From the NCBI RefSeq assembly GCF_009914755.1, contig NC_060940.1: a stretch of DNA of 64,000 bases; one strand, written 5' to 3'. The notes beneath the pieces are model-generated. The model worked only from the letters and a program-made list of their open reading frames with translations. It ran no database searches and was not told where the DNA came from. This stretch comes from the human T2T-CHM13v2.0 reference genome, Homo sapiens. Below, piece by piece: positions 32,941-48,188 of the stretch. A program made the position numbers and the translations under genes. The stretch's first letter is position 1. Every line of letters begins with the position of its first letter.

Positions 32941-34089
32941 GACAGGGAATTAGGAGAAAAGAGTTCTCAGGTGAGCAACCATGAGGGGCTTGTTCAAGGT
33001 TGTATTTGTGGCACTTGTCAGTGTTTGGTGCATAATAGAAGCTCAACAATTATTTGTAGAGTTGATGAATATTTATTGATATCCTCCTAAGTTTAGTGTC
33101 TTCATTTAGCTACTATGATAAAAGTTTATTGATACACTGTTTAATGATAAGAAAACAGAAGCTGCTGCAGATAAATTATTCATTTAGGCTACACAGAAAT
33201 TGAAAACTCAAATCAGAGTTTGTTTGACATGCTAAGGTCTGTGGCTGCAAAATATTCCTGATTCCTTTAACTGTCAAATAACTTCCTAAACAGGGCTCTT
33301 CAAAATTTTGTTCTAGTCACTTGTGCTCCCTGTAAATTTTTGAGAGTGATAGCTGGACCTTTCCTATCTCTTAGCAGTAGGAGAATAGAATGAGAGTAAT
33401 ATGAAAAAGATACTTGGAGTTCTGCAAAGTGTATACTAGATAGAAATAAACTGTTAATGAACATTAACATCTATCTGGCACTATATCATAGCCAAGGATC
33501 TAAGACCTTTGCCTACTTTGACACATTTATTCTTCAGAATAACAATGAAAGGTAAGTCCTGTGGGTAGCCTTGCCTTGATAAGGAATGAGAGGTTTTTTT
33601 TAAAACAACAACAACAACAATAATGAATTAACTTGCTAGAGATCATGTTTTAGAAACACCACAAGTGGGATATAAACCCATGAAATCTGCCACCGCAGGT
33701 CACACATTTCACTGCCCTAAGTGGCCTTTACCAAAGGGGTCTCAGACACATGGTCTCTTGCCAGGATTCTTAGCCTTCTTTGCCAAAAGTTTCTTTAAAA
33801 ATCTGATGAAAACTATGAGTCATCTCCTGGAAGAAGCATATTATAGACACATAAATTTTTATAAAGTGTATTATTTTGGTAATCAGAGTCATAAGATTTG
33901 AGATAACCATATTGGAAACATTCCCGGTAGAAAAGAAAATTAGGGATCTCAGATGTAGGATCACAATCAAATTAATTTTCTATTTGAATTTGATTTAATA
34001 TGGACAGACATTATTTATCACACAACCAATTAAATACTTCATCTTTTTTCTTCTCTCATTCAATTCTTGACCTTTCGACAATGAGTTAT

Positions 34090-34203
34090 GAGAGCTGATC
34101 ACTCATGACTGTGAACACTAAGCAAAAAGCTATTATACTTCTAACCTAATGCATGAAATACAAAGATATATGTATGTCCTCCCAGGCAATGATGAGAAAG
34201 AAA
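34090..34203 (+). repeat. 114-bp direct repeat, copy 1
   Basis: 111/114 identical to 36088-36201. Confidence 0.97.
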
Positions 34204-35268
34204 CACTAACAATTTCCCTCTCCATTTGAATCACAAATTTTGAAAAGATTGTGTATATTTAAAAATTTTATTGAACAAAACAACAATACAAAACACTTGA
34301 GAGCATAAAATATGCGATAAATCTCAGAACTTTTTTTGAGCTTCAATTCAACAGCATGTACTGGAACTGATTGTGCTGTTGTCATGTTAAGGAATTCTGA
34401 AATATTATGATTTGCTGAAAATCAGTGATCCATCAGACAGGGTCTGCAGATGTTTGGATAGAATGAGATGTTATTGCAAAGGCATAGGTTTAAGCAGCAT
34501 TTGACCTACATTAGGATAATATACTTGAATACCAATGTCATTTGTATGGTTGCTGGAAGGGGTCTCGGCATTTGTCTGTATTCCTGCATTCAAAAACCAC
34601 CCGTAAAAAACCCTCTTTCCTTCCATGTGCGGATGATTGAGATGGATCCTAGGTTACAAAAAATGAAAATCCAAATTTGCCTGGTAAGTGATTTTAAATA
34701 TAGTATTGTACAGGAAAAGATGAACTAATTCTTTCTGTCTCCCAAACCCCTCTCATTTTACTTACATGGCAATGTACTATATAATTGCAACTCTTTAACT
34801 CTAGTTTCTAATAATATTTGATGCAAGAGAAAGCTTGTTAGAGAGTACTACTCCTATGAAGAAAGATATCATTTATTCACTAACTGGTCATCCAATTTTT
34901 ATAATTGTGAAACAGGGAAAACATTATTAATTGCATATCTTTATTAAGGAATTGGGGAAAAAGATAATCATAGGACATGTGTTGATGAAAAGAGGCATTT
35001 GGAAATCTATAAAGAAGGAATACATGTGGCTTAAGAATGCAAAACAAATAATGGAATTTTGATATTCCTAAAGAAATATTGTTACCTATCACAATGTGAA
35101 CATACTGAGGACTCTGCCATCAATATTTGTCAGTGGCCACTGTGGGCTGACTACTGGAGTGAATTATAAAACACATTTTTTGTTAGGATCCTTATTAGTG
35201 AAGAATTTGCATTAGCACCAAGTCGAGATTACCAGCTGTGAACATTTCACTCGTTAATAAAAAGAAGC

Positions 35269-35692
<424 letters not shown>

Positions 35693-36087
35693 TTACATTA
35701 GAAATTCCAAAACACAATAATAAAAAGTTAGGTTTATTATATGCAAGGGAAACTATGAGGAGTCTTGGGCTGTGTGAAGACCTCTCCATTTCTCAGTGCC
35801 CTTCTTTGCTTAGTTATGAATAGACATAATTTATATATCCCTGAGGAAATATGCTTTTACTGTACTCTTAGCATGTGAGGAGGGAAACTGTATAGAAACA
35901 GACTTTCTCCTATAGAGGATTGACCTATACATCCCGAATTTGGTTTAATTTTTTTTTCATTTCTAAAGACTTCATAGGCAACATCCATAGATATTTGGTC
36001 AGCGAGGGTCAGGGCTTGGGATGGGTAACTCTGTGCAGAACTTTACTAATATATGCAGATGAGATAGAAGGATTAATGCTGACTAGG

Positions 36088-36201
36088 GAGAGCTGATCGC
36101 TCATGACTGTGAACACTAAGCAAAAAGCTATTAAACTTCTAACCTAATGCATGAAATACAAAGATATATGTATGTCCTCCCAGACAATGATGAGAAAGAA
36201 A
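36088..36201 (+). repeat. 114-bp direct repeat, copy 2
   Basis: 111/114 identical to 34090-34203. Confidence 0.97.
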
Positions 36202-36699
36202 TTGGGATGTGTTTCATCGCCTCTTCTTTTTTACGTGTTGTAACAAATTAACTTTAATCAGTTTATTTTTTGTTTTATTATATGTTTCCCTCCCCATAGA
36301 ATGGTATAATGAGTTTGGGGGAAGAGACTTGATGAGCCTCTTGATGAAAGATGAGCTAAAAATATCTGTTTCATAGGACAGTCTGATAGCGCCTCGGGGA
36401 GTTCTTGATGAAAAAATGTACTGGGAGGAAGTAAAAGCTTATCTAAGCTTGTCCTTGGAGATTACAAGAAATTCAGAAACACAGAGTTCCTTCTGGCACC
36501 TAAGAAACTGATCATCTTTGTGCAAATAAGGATTTGATTTACGTTGCATGTGATACAGGAGAAGCATGGCAAAAGATGAAAAATACCTTATGGAGAGTCA
36601 ACTGTGTTTATTTAATTGAAGAGGAGGGTATCTTTGAAGAGGAGGGCATGATACTCTCTTAAAAATATGAAAAGGACTGATAGTATTTTTCCTAACATT

Positions 36700-36988
36700 T
36701 ATTATTTTGTTTTATTTCAGACTGAGTTTTGCTCTTGTCACCCAGGCTGGAGTGTAACAGCGTGATCTTGGCTCACTACAACCTCTCCCTCCTGGGTTCA
36801 AGCGATTCTCCTGCCTCAACCTCCTAAGTAGCTGGGATTATAGGCACCCACCACAATGCCCAGCTAATTTTGTTTTTTTTTATTTTAGTAGAGAGGGGGG
36901 CTTTGCCATGTTGGCCAGGCTGGTCTCGAACTCCTGACCTCAGGTGGTCCACCCACCGTGGCCTCCCAAAGTGCTGGGATTACAGGCC
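36700..36988 (-). mobile_element. AluS, 5'-truncated
   Basis: TSD tcctaacattta. Confidence 0.95.
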
Positions 36989-37404
36989 TGATCCTAACAT
37001 TTAAATGCAGGTTCCTAATGTTTGGGACAAAACCAAAAAGTCTTGTTTCTGAGGGTGACAAGGATTCACTTCTGAGTGACTGACTAAAGTTTCATGTTCT
37101 CATGTCTCTGGCCATAAGATTTCTAGATCTACAGTTGGACCTTTTTGTTTCTGTCTTATCTTGATATTCCTCATTTCAATAAAACAGGCCTAACTTCATT
37201 ATCTGACCCACTGAGATATACTTTCTACTAGATTTTCAACAATGCAGGCTTCATGGTTACCTGGGTGCCACCACTTTCATCAGACTGGAAAACCTCACAG
37301 CTGCTAGTCACAGAGTCACAGACTGATCAATAAAGAAGAAGAATTAGAGAGTTTCCTTGTGAATGGAGAAAAGATGTGCTCCAGGTTAGAAGTAGATGAA
37401 GAGG

Positions 37405-37865
<461 letters not shown>

Positions 37866-37964
37866 CTATTTTTCCATCTACATAATGAAGATAGTACTAT
37901 CAAATCCCTATGATTAAAATCAAATCAAATAATCCATGTTTTAGCCCTGTGCCACAATAAATTC

Positions 37965-38442
37965 TATTTATTGGTCTGTTATCTAATGCACATAATAAAC
38001 AATCTCAAAACATACTGGCTTAATGCAACAATTTATTTTCATTTCTAAGAGTTCTATGGAATCTTTGTACTCAGCTAGAGTCTTCTTTTTTTACATGCTG
38101 GCTAGTTTATGTGTCAGTCAGCTAAGAGGTCAGCTCATGCTATCAACCAGAGTGCCCATGCCTGGCCTCTCTCTGTAGCTTGGACTTCTCACTGGCACAG
38201 TATTTGGGCTCCAGGAGCGAACATGCCAAGCCAGACCTAGACAGAAGGTACAAATTATTTTTTTAAGATCTAGTCTCAAAATTCCTAAAACACCATGTTT
38301 CTGCATCCTATTGGGCAAGGATGTTATTAAAGTGAGGCCATAATTACAGAGAGGGGTATTAGACTCGATAGCTTGGTAGGAAGAGCAAGTGTAAAGAGGG
38401 AAGGAAGGCATTGATAGTTGCTATCTTTTGAGAATATCTATA
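37965..38442 (-). mobile_element. Old MLT1 LTR
   Basis: ..caatctcaaaacatactggcttaatgcaacaatttatt..catgtttctgcatcctattggg..tctttgagaatatcta-like end. Confidence 0.65.
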
Positions 38443-38551
38443 ACAATTAATAATATAACAATAATAACAAAATATATTGCTGCTGATAAGAATGTTACTA
38501 ACAGTTACTAACCACTGAACCTCAGTTTCTTCATCTCCAAAATAAGATTTT

Positions 38552-38854
38552 AGGCTGAGCACAGTGGTTTATATCTGTAACCCCAATGCTTTGAGAGCCA
38601 AGGCAGGAGGGTGACTTGAGGCTGGGAATTAAAGACCAGCCTGGGCAATATAACAAGTCATTATCTCTACAAAAAAATTTAAAAATTTAGCTGGGCATAT
38701 TGGCGTGCACCTGTTGCCCTTGCTACTCAAGTGACTGAAGCAGGAGGATTACTTGGACCCAGGAATTAGAGATTACAGTGAGTTATGACTGCACCACTGA
38801 ACTTTAGCCTGGGTGACAGAGGGAGATCCCATCTCTAAAATTAAAAAAAAAAAA
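38552..38854 (+). mobile_element. AluJ
   Basis: Dimeric, J-type diagnostics. Confidence 0.9.
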
Positions 38855-39410
38855 TGCCATTTGATTCAGCAGTCCCACCACTGGGTATCTACCCAGGGGA
38901 AAATAAATCATTATATGAAAAAGAGACTTGCTCATGCATGTTTATAGCAGCACAATTTGCAATTGCAGAAATGTGGAACCAACCCAAATTCCCATCAATC
39001 AACAAGTGTATAAAAAAACTGTGATTATATATATGTAATGGAATACTACTCAGCCATAAAAAGGAATGAATTAATGGCATTCACAGCAACCTGGATAAGA
39101 TTGGAGACTATTACTCTAAATGAAGTAACTCAGGAGTGGAAAACCAAATATTGTATGTTCTCACTCATAAGTGGGAGCTAAGCTATGAAGATGCAAGAGC
39201 GTAAGAATGATACAATGGACTTTAGGCACTCAGGTGGAAAGGTTGGGAAGTGGGTGAGGGATAAAAGGTTACAAGTTGGGTTCAGTGTATACTGCTTGGG
39301 AGATGGGTGCACCAAAACCTCACAAATCACCGCTAAAGAACTTACTCATGTAACCACATACCACCTCTTGCTCAAAACCTATGGAAATAAACAATTAAAA
39401 TAAATAAATA
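38855..39410 (+). mobile_element. L1PB-type 3' end abutting the Alu tail
   Basis: gtgggagctaagctatgaagatgcaa..aatgatacaatggacttt; A-rich tail. Confidence 0.9.
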
Positions 39411-40719
39411 GATATTTGAATAAGATTCTTTACATAAAGTGCTTGGGATCGTCCCTAGAATATAGTGCAAAAGTCTTCTGTAAATAGTGTTGGTTATTTT
39501 AAAGAACATTTTTACTTGAATAGCTTTTTACCTTTGCTAGTAGTACCCAATCATATATAACTAAGAACAGATAGCTTTATAAATAACTTTTGTTTTTGAT
39601 CAAACTTTCTATTTCCTTATTGAATATTTACCACTAGAACTTAGAAAATCAATAGATTTCACACATCAATCTCAACTTGAATGTGACAAACCACAAAATA
39701 CATTTTAGATGTAATAATAAGCTGGCCTACATTTATTTATGACATAGGAAGCATGTAATATGTTTTTATGATTTTGGAAGCAAAAACATTGAAAATTATT
39801 ATTTGATAATATTAAAGAAAAAAACCCCACATCTCATTTTTTCATACATAATGTTGGTGTACCATGTTAGAGGATGAAATCACGAGAAACATGATTGTGA
39901 CATTTCACAGTAATTCTGCTTAGACTCAAGTTTTTTATTTTTTAAGTTTTAAAATGCTTTAAAAATGAGCCACAGGTGTGCCAGACCTAATATTCTTGGA
40001 TTCCAGGGAAGTAATAACTATTTTGTTTCTCTTCCTCTACAGTGTGTTTGTTTTGATAAAAACTTTTACCTTCAACTGTCCTATGTAGATTCTCACTGTG
40101 CTACACACTGATGCAATGTCCATGTGATATAACCCACCATCACCACAAGAAGTAGAATAGAAAATGGGTTACTGAGCTGACATTGTCACAGACTCTGAAG
40201 AATTATGCAGAGTGCATCTATAAGTAGGAGAGAAAGGCAGCCCTATTACTTCTGGCCATTTAGGGCAGAGTCAAACTTTAACCAGTCTAACAAGCTTTTA
40301 GCTTGATTAATACTTTAGTTTTGCAGCAAAGAAGTTACAAATTGAAAATCTCTATTAGGTCATCTGGCTTGGCACTTCCACATTACAATATTTATTATGA
40401 CATATAATTATCATCTGTAAGAGGAAAGGTAGAAAATTTGACCTCTGCCATCCACCATGACATGTCCCAATTTTCCACAGTTGTTAAAGCCATCACTGAC
40501 AGTTCTTTTAGATTTCTTCCTCCTCTTTTCCCCATGTCCTGTGTTAATTTCTCATTGTTTTTGATTCAGAACCTTAAAAATAATGAGTCTTAAATGAAAG
40601 CAACATTAGTCTAATTGGCAGCTTTCTGTAACTCACCCACATATTTGCTGTAATAATGATGATTCTCCTTCAGATTCTGCATTCTGCTGGTCTAGCTTTC
40701 TTATTATGACAGTTTACTT

Positions 40720-41295
40720 CTCTCAACCCAAACATGTGGTCCTAGTCTGGTCCTTTCTGTCTTGCACCAGCACATTTGCAACAACACCTAAACAGTCTCC
40801 CTTTTTATTCATCTTTGTCTCCTTGAGTCTATTCTTTACACTGATACCAGGGTCAAGTATATAATATAAAAACAGAGAACAATCTAAAGAAATATGAGGA
40901 GGGTCATCTTTGACTCATCTTCCATCTCTTTTTGTACATATACAGCTCTTAGCTTTTGCATGTGGTTTTTATTTTTCCGAAAAGCATTTCTCCTTCATGC
41001 CTGACTCCTTGTCATCATCCTGATATGACTTGAAATGTGATTTCCTTAGAGTCAGTCTGTCTATAGCAGTGGTTGCATTCTTATAACATCATCTTGATTT
41101 ATTCTACATAGTATCATGATGTCAATGAGTCATTATGTGTATTTGTTTAACTATTATTTATTGTTTCAACCTTCAATCAGAATGTGTGCTCTAAAGTGGT
41201 GATATCTTTTCCATTTTTTTTTAACACCAGTGCCTAGGACTGTACTAGATACAACTCAAGATGTATGTAATGAATTTATGAATGAATAGATGAAA
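40720..41295 (+). mobile_element. L2 3' fragment
   Basis: ccagtgcctaggactg..tgaatgaatagatgaa terminus. Confidence 0.6.
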
Positions 41296-41500
41296 CAATG
41301 TAGTTTGAGATAGCAACATCTGAAATAGACTCACCTTTCACCCATTTGGAGCAGCTTGGAAGTAAAACTGTGATTCTCACCTTGGCTATGGGCTGAGAGG
41401 ATATGATGACCACGTACTGGATGTGGACCTCAGCCTCTTAAGCCCCACCAAATTTTCAATAAGACCTGTAATCTATTCCCAAATAAAATAGTAAGAATAA

Positions 41501-42197
<697 letters not shown>

Positions 42198-42363
42198 TAG
42201 TAAAAATAAAAAACATTTTCTTATTAACTTATAAATAAGAATTAATGGGAAAAAGTGCACAGTATACCATGAGATTCGAGAAAACCACTCCGCCATAGAG
42301 AGCATGAGAAAGTGCCAAGAACCAAGTCAAGGTTTGAATTTCAATTCTTCCACTTCTTAAAGA

Positions 42364-42944
42364 CCACACCCAAAGGGCCTGCACCCAGAAGGCTTCAGTC
42401 AGCCATTCATTCTTCCAGGGCGCTTTTAGGAAAAGGATTTTAGCTGGTGATTCTCCTTGCTTTTAATAACCCCAGCCCCGCCTGGAGTGGCTAGAAGCAG
42501 GCAGGCACCCATGTGCTACTGACAAGTGCCTGAGCTTCCTCCAAGCTGGGATCAGGCTGTGGAAGCCACTGTTATTTGTGCTCTCTGCCAAAGACGCGGG
42601 TGGGAGGCCTCACACCTGCCCTGTGCAGCAGGGCCAGCTCAGGCCGTCCTCATTCAGATTTGCTCCTCCCACGCCCACTGCTGTATGGTCTGGGGGCCAC
42701 CACCCTGTGCCAGTGGCCTCTGTCTTGCCTCCCATGGCATGGAGGTGAGGCGGGGCTGGTGCCTGCCCCAGGGGGAAACCCGACAGCACTTCCTCCTTGC
42801 TCCCACCCCTGGCAGCAGGGAAGGGCTTTGCCTGACAACACCCAGCTTTGCTTAAATAGTCTGCAATTGTTACTTAGGAAGCATGGAGAGGGCAGGAGTG
42901 TCCCATGGCCCCCAGACTCTTCTTCGTGCTGAATGTATTATAAA
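42364..42944 (+). pseudogene. SYNGR2: Processed-pseudogene fragment of synaptogyrin-2 (SYNGR2) 3'UTR, no CDS
   Basis: GC-rich island matching my recollection of the SYNGR2 3'UTR (cccatgtgctactgacaagtgcct; cttcctccttgctcccacccctggcagcagggaagggctttgcctgacaacacccagcttt; tgtattataaa). Parent identity is from memory; the symbol refers to the parent gene. Confidence 0.8.
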
Positions 42945-43700
42945 GCCTTTGTTGCAATTACTTTTGGTGTTTTAGTCATGAAGTCTTTGTCCATGCCTAT
43001 GTCCTGAATGGCTTTGCCTAGGTTTTCTTCTGGGGTTTTTATGGTTTGGGGTTTTACTAATTAAACTAAAGAGCTTCTGCACAGCAAAAGAAACTAGCAT
43101 GAGAGTGAACAGGCAACCTACCAAATGGGAGAAAATTTTTGCAATCTATCCGTCTGACAAAGGTCTAATATCCAGAATCTAGAAGGAACTTAAACAAATT
43201 CACAAGAAAAAACCCCATCAAAAAGTGGGCAAAGGATATGAACAGACACTTCTCAAAAGAAGACATTTATGTGGCCAACAAACATTTGAAAAAAAGCTCA
43301 TCAGCACTGATCATTAGAGAAACGCAAATCAGAACCACAATGAGATACCATCTCACACCAGTCAGAATGGCGATTATTAAAAGTCAGGAAACAATAGATG
43401 CTGGTGAGATTGTGGAGACATAGGAACACTTTTACACTGTTGGTGGGAGTGTAAGTTAGTTCAACCATTGTGGAAGACAATGTGGCAATTCCTCAAGGAT
43501 CTAGAACCAGAAATACCATTTGATCCAGCAATCCCGTTACTAGGTATATACCCAAAGGATTATAAACGATTTCTTCTGTAAAGACACATGCACAAGTATG
43601 TTTATTGCCACACTATTTACAATAGCAAAGAGTTGGAACCAACCCAAATGCCCATCAATGATAGACTGGATAAAGAAAATTGTGGCATATATACACCATG
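42945..43700 (+). mobile_element. L1PA8-10-like fragment with 5' inversion (antisense 42945-43057, sense 43057-43700); no 3'UTR or poly(A)
   Basis: ORF2 C-terminal remnant ([16 protein letters not shown]..); stops at atacaccatg. Confidence 0.9.
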
Positions 43701-43756
43701 ACCTTGGAAGGTATTCAATAAATATTGATTCTCTTCCTCTCTCCTTCAATTCCTTA

Positions 43757-44529
43757 TGTTATGAGTTGAATTGTGTCCCCAGCCCCAAAAAAATATGTTG
43801 AAGTCCTAACACTCAGTACCTCAGAATGTGACCTTTTTTAGGAAATAGGTTTGTTAACAGATATAATTGTTATGATGAGGGCATATTGAACTAAGAAGGG
43901 CACTTAATCCATACGATCTGTGTCTTTATAATAAGACAATGTGAAGACATACAGAGGGAGAATGTCTGTGACAATGGAGGCAAAGAGTGGAGTTTTAGCC
44001 AAGCATGGTGGTTCACATCTATAATCCTAGCATTTTGGGAGGTTGAGGTGGGGAGGACAGCTTGAGTTCAAAAGTTTGAGATCAGCCTGAGCAACATAGC
44101 AAAACCCCATCTCTTAAAAAAAAAAAAAAAATTACCCAGACATGGTGGTGTGTGACTGTAGTCCCAGCTACTCAGGAGGCTGAGGCCAGAGAATGGCTTG
44201 AGCCCAGGAAGTTGAGGTTGCAATTGTGAGGTTATAATTGTGCCACTGCACTCCTGCCTGAGTGAAAGAACAAGACCTTGTCTTAAAAATAAAAAATAAA
44301 AAAGATTGCAGTTATGCCACCACATGCTAAGGAATGCCAAAGATTGCTGGTGATAGCAGAAGCTAAGAGAAAAGCATGGAACAGACTTTTCCCTACAGTC
44401 TGACCCTAGAGAGCATGGCCCTAGTCACACCTTGCTTCTGAACTTCTAGACTTCAGAACTGTGAGATAATAAATTTTCATTGTTTTATGCCACCCAGTTT
44501 GTTATACTTTGACACAGAAAACTAATACA
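43757..44529 (+). mobile_element. MLT1C-type LTR interrupted by AluJ
   Basis: tgttatgagttgaattgtgtcccc..cagtacctcagaatgtgacc..gaaaactaataca. Confidence 0.88.
43997..44303 (+). mobile_element. AluJ
   Basis: Dimeric Alu inside MLT1C. Confidence 0.9.
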
Positions 44530-44602
44530 CCCAGGAAGGCAGCTGCTGGAATATGTTCTCAGGCAATAGTATCTCTCTAATCTCTCAATTTTATCCCATT
44601 AA

Positions 44603-45091
<489 letters not shown>

Positions 45092-46237
45092 TGATTTCCT
45101 ATTGCAAGGAAATAGTTATTAACTGCCTTCAACAGAAAAATGTCAGCTAGCTTCAATCTCTGATATATTTACACAGATAGACTGTCTCCCTGCTGTACAT
45201 CTGAAAAAGAAGCATATTACATTTTCTTTTCTTTTAATTACTAGTTTGAGGTGTGTTTGATATGTTCTTCATGGGCTGTAATCCATTGCATAGTCAGTGT
45301 TATTTGCAATGTATTTATTTTTACAGGGACACAAGTTTTTCTTCCAGTAGTGCTACTCTTTGATTTGTTACTTTTAAACTCTCAAAGCTGTTTAAGAAGG
45401 TAGTTGAGGACCTTTCTTCACAGTTTCTGCACAATCCCATACTCGACTTTCTTTTGCAACCATTTGGTGTCACTTAGAAATTTCCATAAGAAGATGTTTT
45501 ATTGCTCTTCCACTGAAAAAGTCATATTCATGTTTTGGACTGATTTATCCCAGACTTCAGGCCAGCATTCCCTGAAAGGGAGTTATCATCCTCTTCTGAC
45601 AATGTGGCATGCCTACCAAATGGTCTCTGAAAATAACCAGTCTGCAACAAATGATTCAAGTGCCAGGCACTATGCTAGGGCCCAGCATCCTATGTGAAGA
45701 CAGGTATGGACCTTCCTTGATAGTGCTTCACTGTTTAATTAGGAAAGAAGACAATGAATGCATAATTGATAGCATGCAAAGTTTTATGACAAAAAGGTTT
45801 ATAGATAACACAAAACAGAGCACTGTAACCTAGATTTGCTTGGTCGAAGAAGATTTATTTAAATAAATGATGTTTATGCTGAGTGCTCAGGGTAAATAGG
45901 TGTTAATCAGGTAATAGAATTCTCATAACTTTGCAATATATGTTTGTATCTATCTTTTATTTTTATTTTCAGATGAGAAAACATAGAGAAATGATATAAG
46001 TTTTGTCATATAGTGGCAGAACTGGGACTCCTGAGTCCTGTCTCTCCAAAGCCTTTGAACTTGACCACCACACCATACCCATATGCTTCCTGCTACCTGG
46101 AGTGCCTAGTCTTCAGTTTTACTAAAAGATCATCTAGAATGGCATAATTAGTAAAACCTTCTCTGATCATGAAGTTGCTCAATTCTGTAACCTGATCCTC
46201 CTCCTACAAAACTCATAGCTTTTAAAAATATTAATAT

Positions 46238-46680
46238 TATTTTTAATTGACAAAACATAATTGTGTACAGTTATGGCTTACACTGTGATGTTTTGATATG
46301 CATATATAATGTAGGATGATTAAAGCATTAATTAACATAATTAACATAGCCATCACCTCACTCACCTATGATATTTTTATGGTAAGACATTTGAAATTTA
46401 CTCATTTTGAAATGTAGCATACATTATTATTGAGTACAGGCATGCTGATGTGCAATAGATCTCAAAACTGATTACTCCCATCTCTCTGAAACTTTCAACC
46501 ACTCCTCATTCCCTCTCTCTTTATCTTCCCACTCCAGCCTCTGGTAACCCTCATTCTACTCTCCAGTTCTATGAGTTCAACTTTTTTAGATTCCACATAT
46601 AAGTGAGATCAAGCAGTATTTGTCTTTCTTCTTGTAGCTTATTTCACATAGCATAATATCTTCCAAGTCCATCCATTTGT
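46238..46680 (-). mobile_element. L1MA 3' end fragment
   Basis: ttttaattgacaaaacataattgtg..ttagattccacatataagtgagatc. Confidence 0.85.
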
Positions 46681-46842
46681 ATGTGTGTCTATGTGTGCCT
46701 GTGTGTGTATTATAAAAGAGATATGACTTATGAACACACACATATGTAAAAGCAAATTTATTCTGTGTTCGTTTTTACTCTTTTAACTAAATCTACATGT
46801 TTCTACTATTACAGAGAAACAGAGAGAGGGCTCTCAGAAACT

Positions 46843-47095
46843 GGCAAGGAGGAAAAGAAGAAGGAAGAAAAGGAAGGAAGGAGGGAGGGAGGAAGGAAGG
46901 AAGGAAGGAAGCAGGGAGGGAGAGAGGGAGGAAGGAAGGAAAGAAGAAAAGAAGGAAAGAAGGAAGGAAAGAAAGAAGAAGAAAAGGAAAGAAAGAAAGA
47001 AGAAAGGAAAGAAGGCAGGATGGAAGGAAGGAAGGGAGACAGGGAGGGAGAGAGGGAAGGAAGCAGGGAGGGAAGGAAGCAGGGAGGGAGGGGGG
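46843..47095. repeat. Polypurine (GGAA/GGGA)n tract
   Basis: Directly visible. Confidence 0.95.
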
Positions 47096-48188
47096 TCAAT
47101 TTCAAATAAGGTTGAAACCAACTGATGCTTGTATCACCCAGAGTGCATAAAAGCCATGTGAATATAGACTCTTTTCTGTATATAACACTGACTTGAAAGT
47201 CACTTACAGATTATTAAGCATAAAACTGAGTAGCTAAACATTGGTTAACCCAACCAGGTGGGGAATATCTGACCTTCTAATTTTTGTGGGTATTTTTCTC
47301 AGACTTTCTTTCCAAAATATGAATAATGAGACAGTACTAAAAATTTTAACCTATATTTTCCGGTTGGAAGGTGCTTATTACTGAGAACAAAACAAAACAA
47401 AACAAAATTTTCTCTCTAGATTTAGTAAATTTTTTCTAATGAAATCTCATCTAACCATCGAACCCTGATTAGTCTCAAAATTATTAATTTGAGTTACAAA
47501 GATCTTACCTTAAGAACTTTCCATGTCAAAATAGAAAGGAGCCCACCTGAAAAAATAATAGATGCAATTGAAAAGATTAAAAAAACTCAGAAGGCTGGGG
47601 CAGTAATATTCGACTCTGTAAGAACCAAGTTAATAATTTTAAAAACACCAGTACTCCCTTACCCCAGTAACATAACACTTGCTGATAATAGAAGCATCAA
47701 TTTACTATTGTATTAAGTAAAAAATGTGTATTTACCATAGCAATGCCTGCAAGACGTATTACATATTGCCCTTCAGAGATATGGAGAGAAATCTGGGGAT
47801 GAGGTCTCTTAAAACAAATAGCAATTTATTTTTATGAAGCTTTTTCCCATATGGAAGACTAGATTTGAATCTCTCAAGAGTATTTTCCCCAACAATTCTG
47901 ACACCATGTAGAAAGGGAACAAATGTTTCCCTAGGGTGTCTTTGCTAAGGCAAATGTTTTTCTGATTTCATGAAGTGCTTTTTTTCTATTCTCTTCTTCA
48001 TGAGTTGCATAAAGAGATTTAGCCAGAATATATTCCAGAACAACAAGGACCTGCATGGTCTATTTTCTCCTGATCTTGGACATTGTTATGTGCTTCTCCT
48101 CCCTTTTCTTATTTGATTTCTGCTTGATGTTCTCCTTTCTCAGCCTAGAACATATCAAACCTTGTCATTTCATAGACCTTCGGGCTAC

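Noticed and set aside
34090-34203. CTGA and ATGATGA in the duplicated unit suggesting a C/D snoRNA
   Set aside because: Boxes are in the wrong order (D before C) and there is no terminal stem
42526-42932. GC-rich ORFs of 109 and 118 aa and their paralogous ORF at 41723-41995
   Set aside because: They lie in 3'UTR-derived sequence; open frames are expected at high GC, the starts are non-ATG, and there is no recognisable protein
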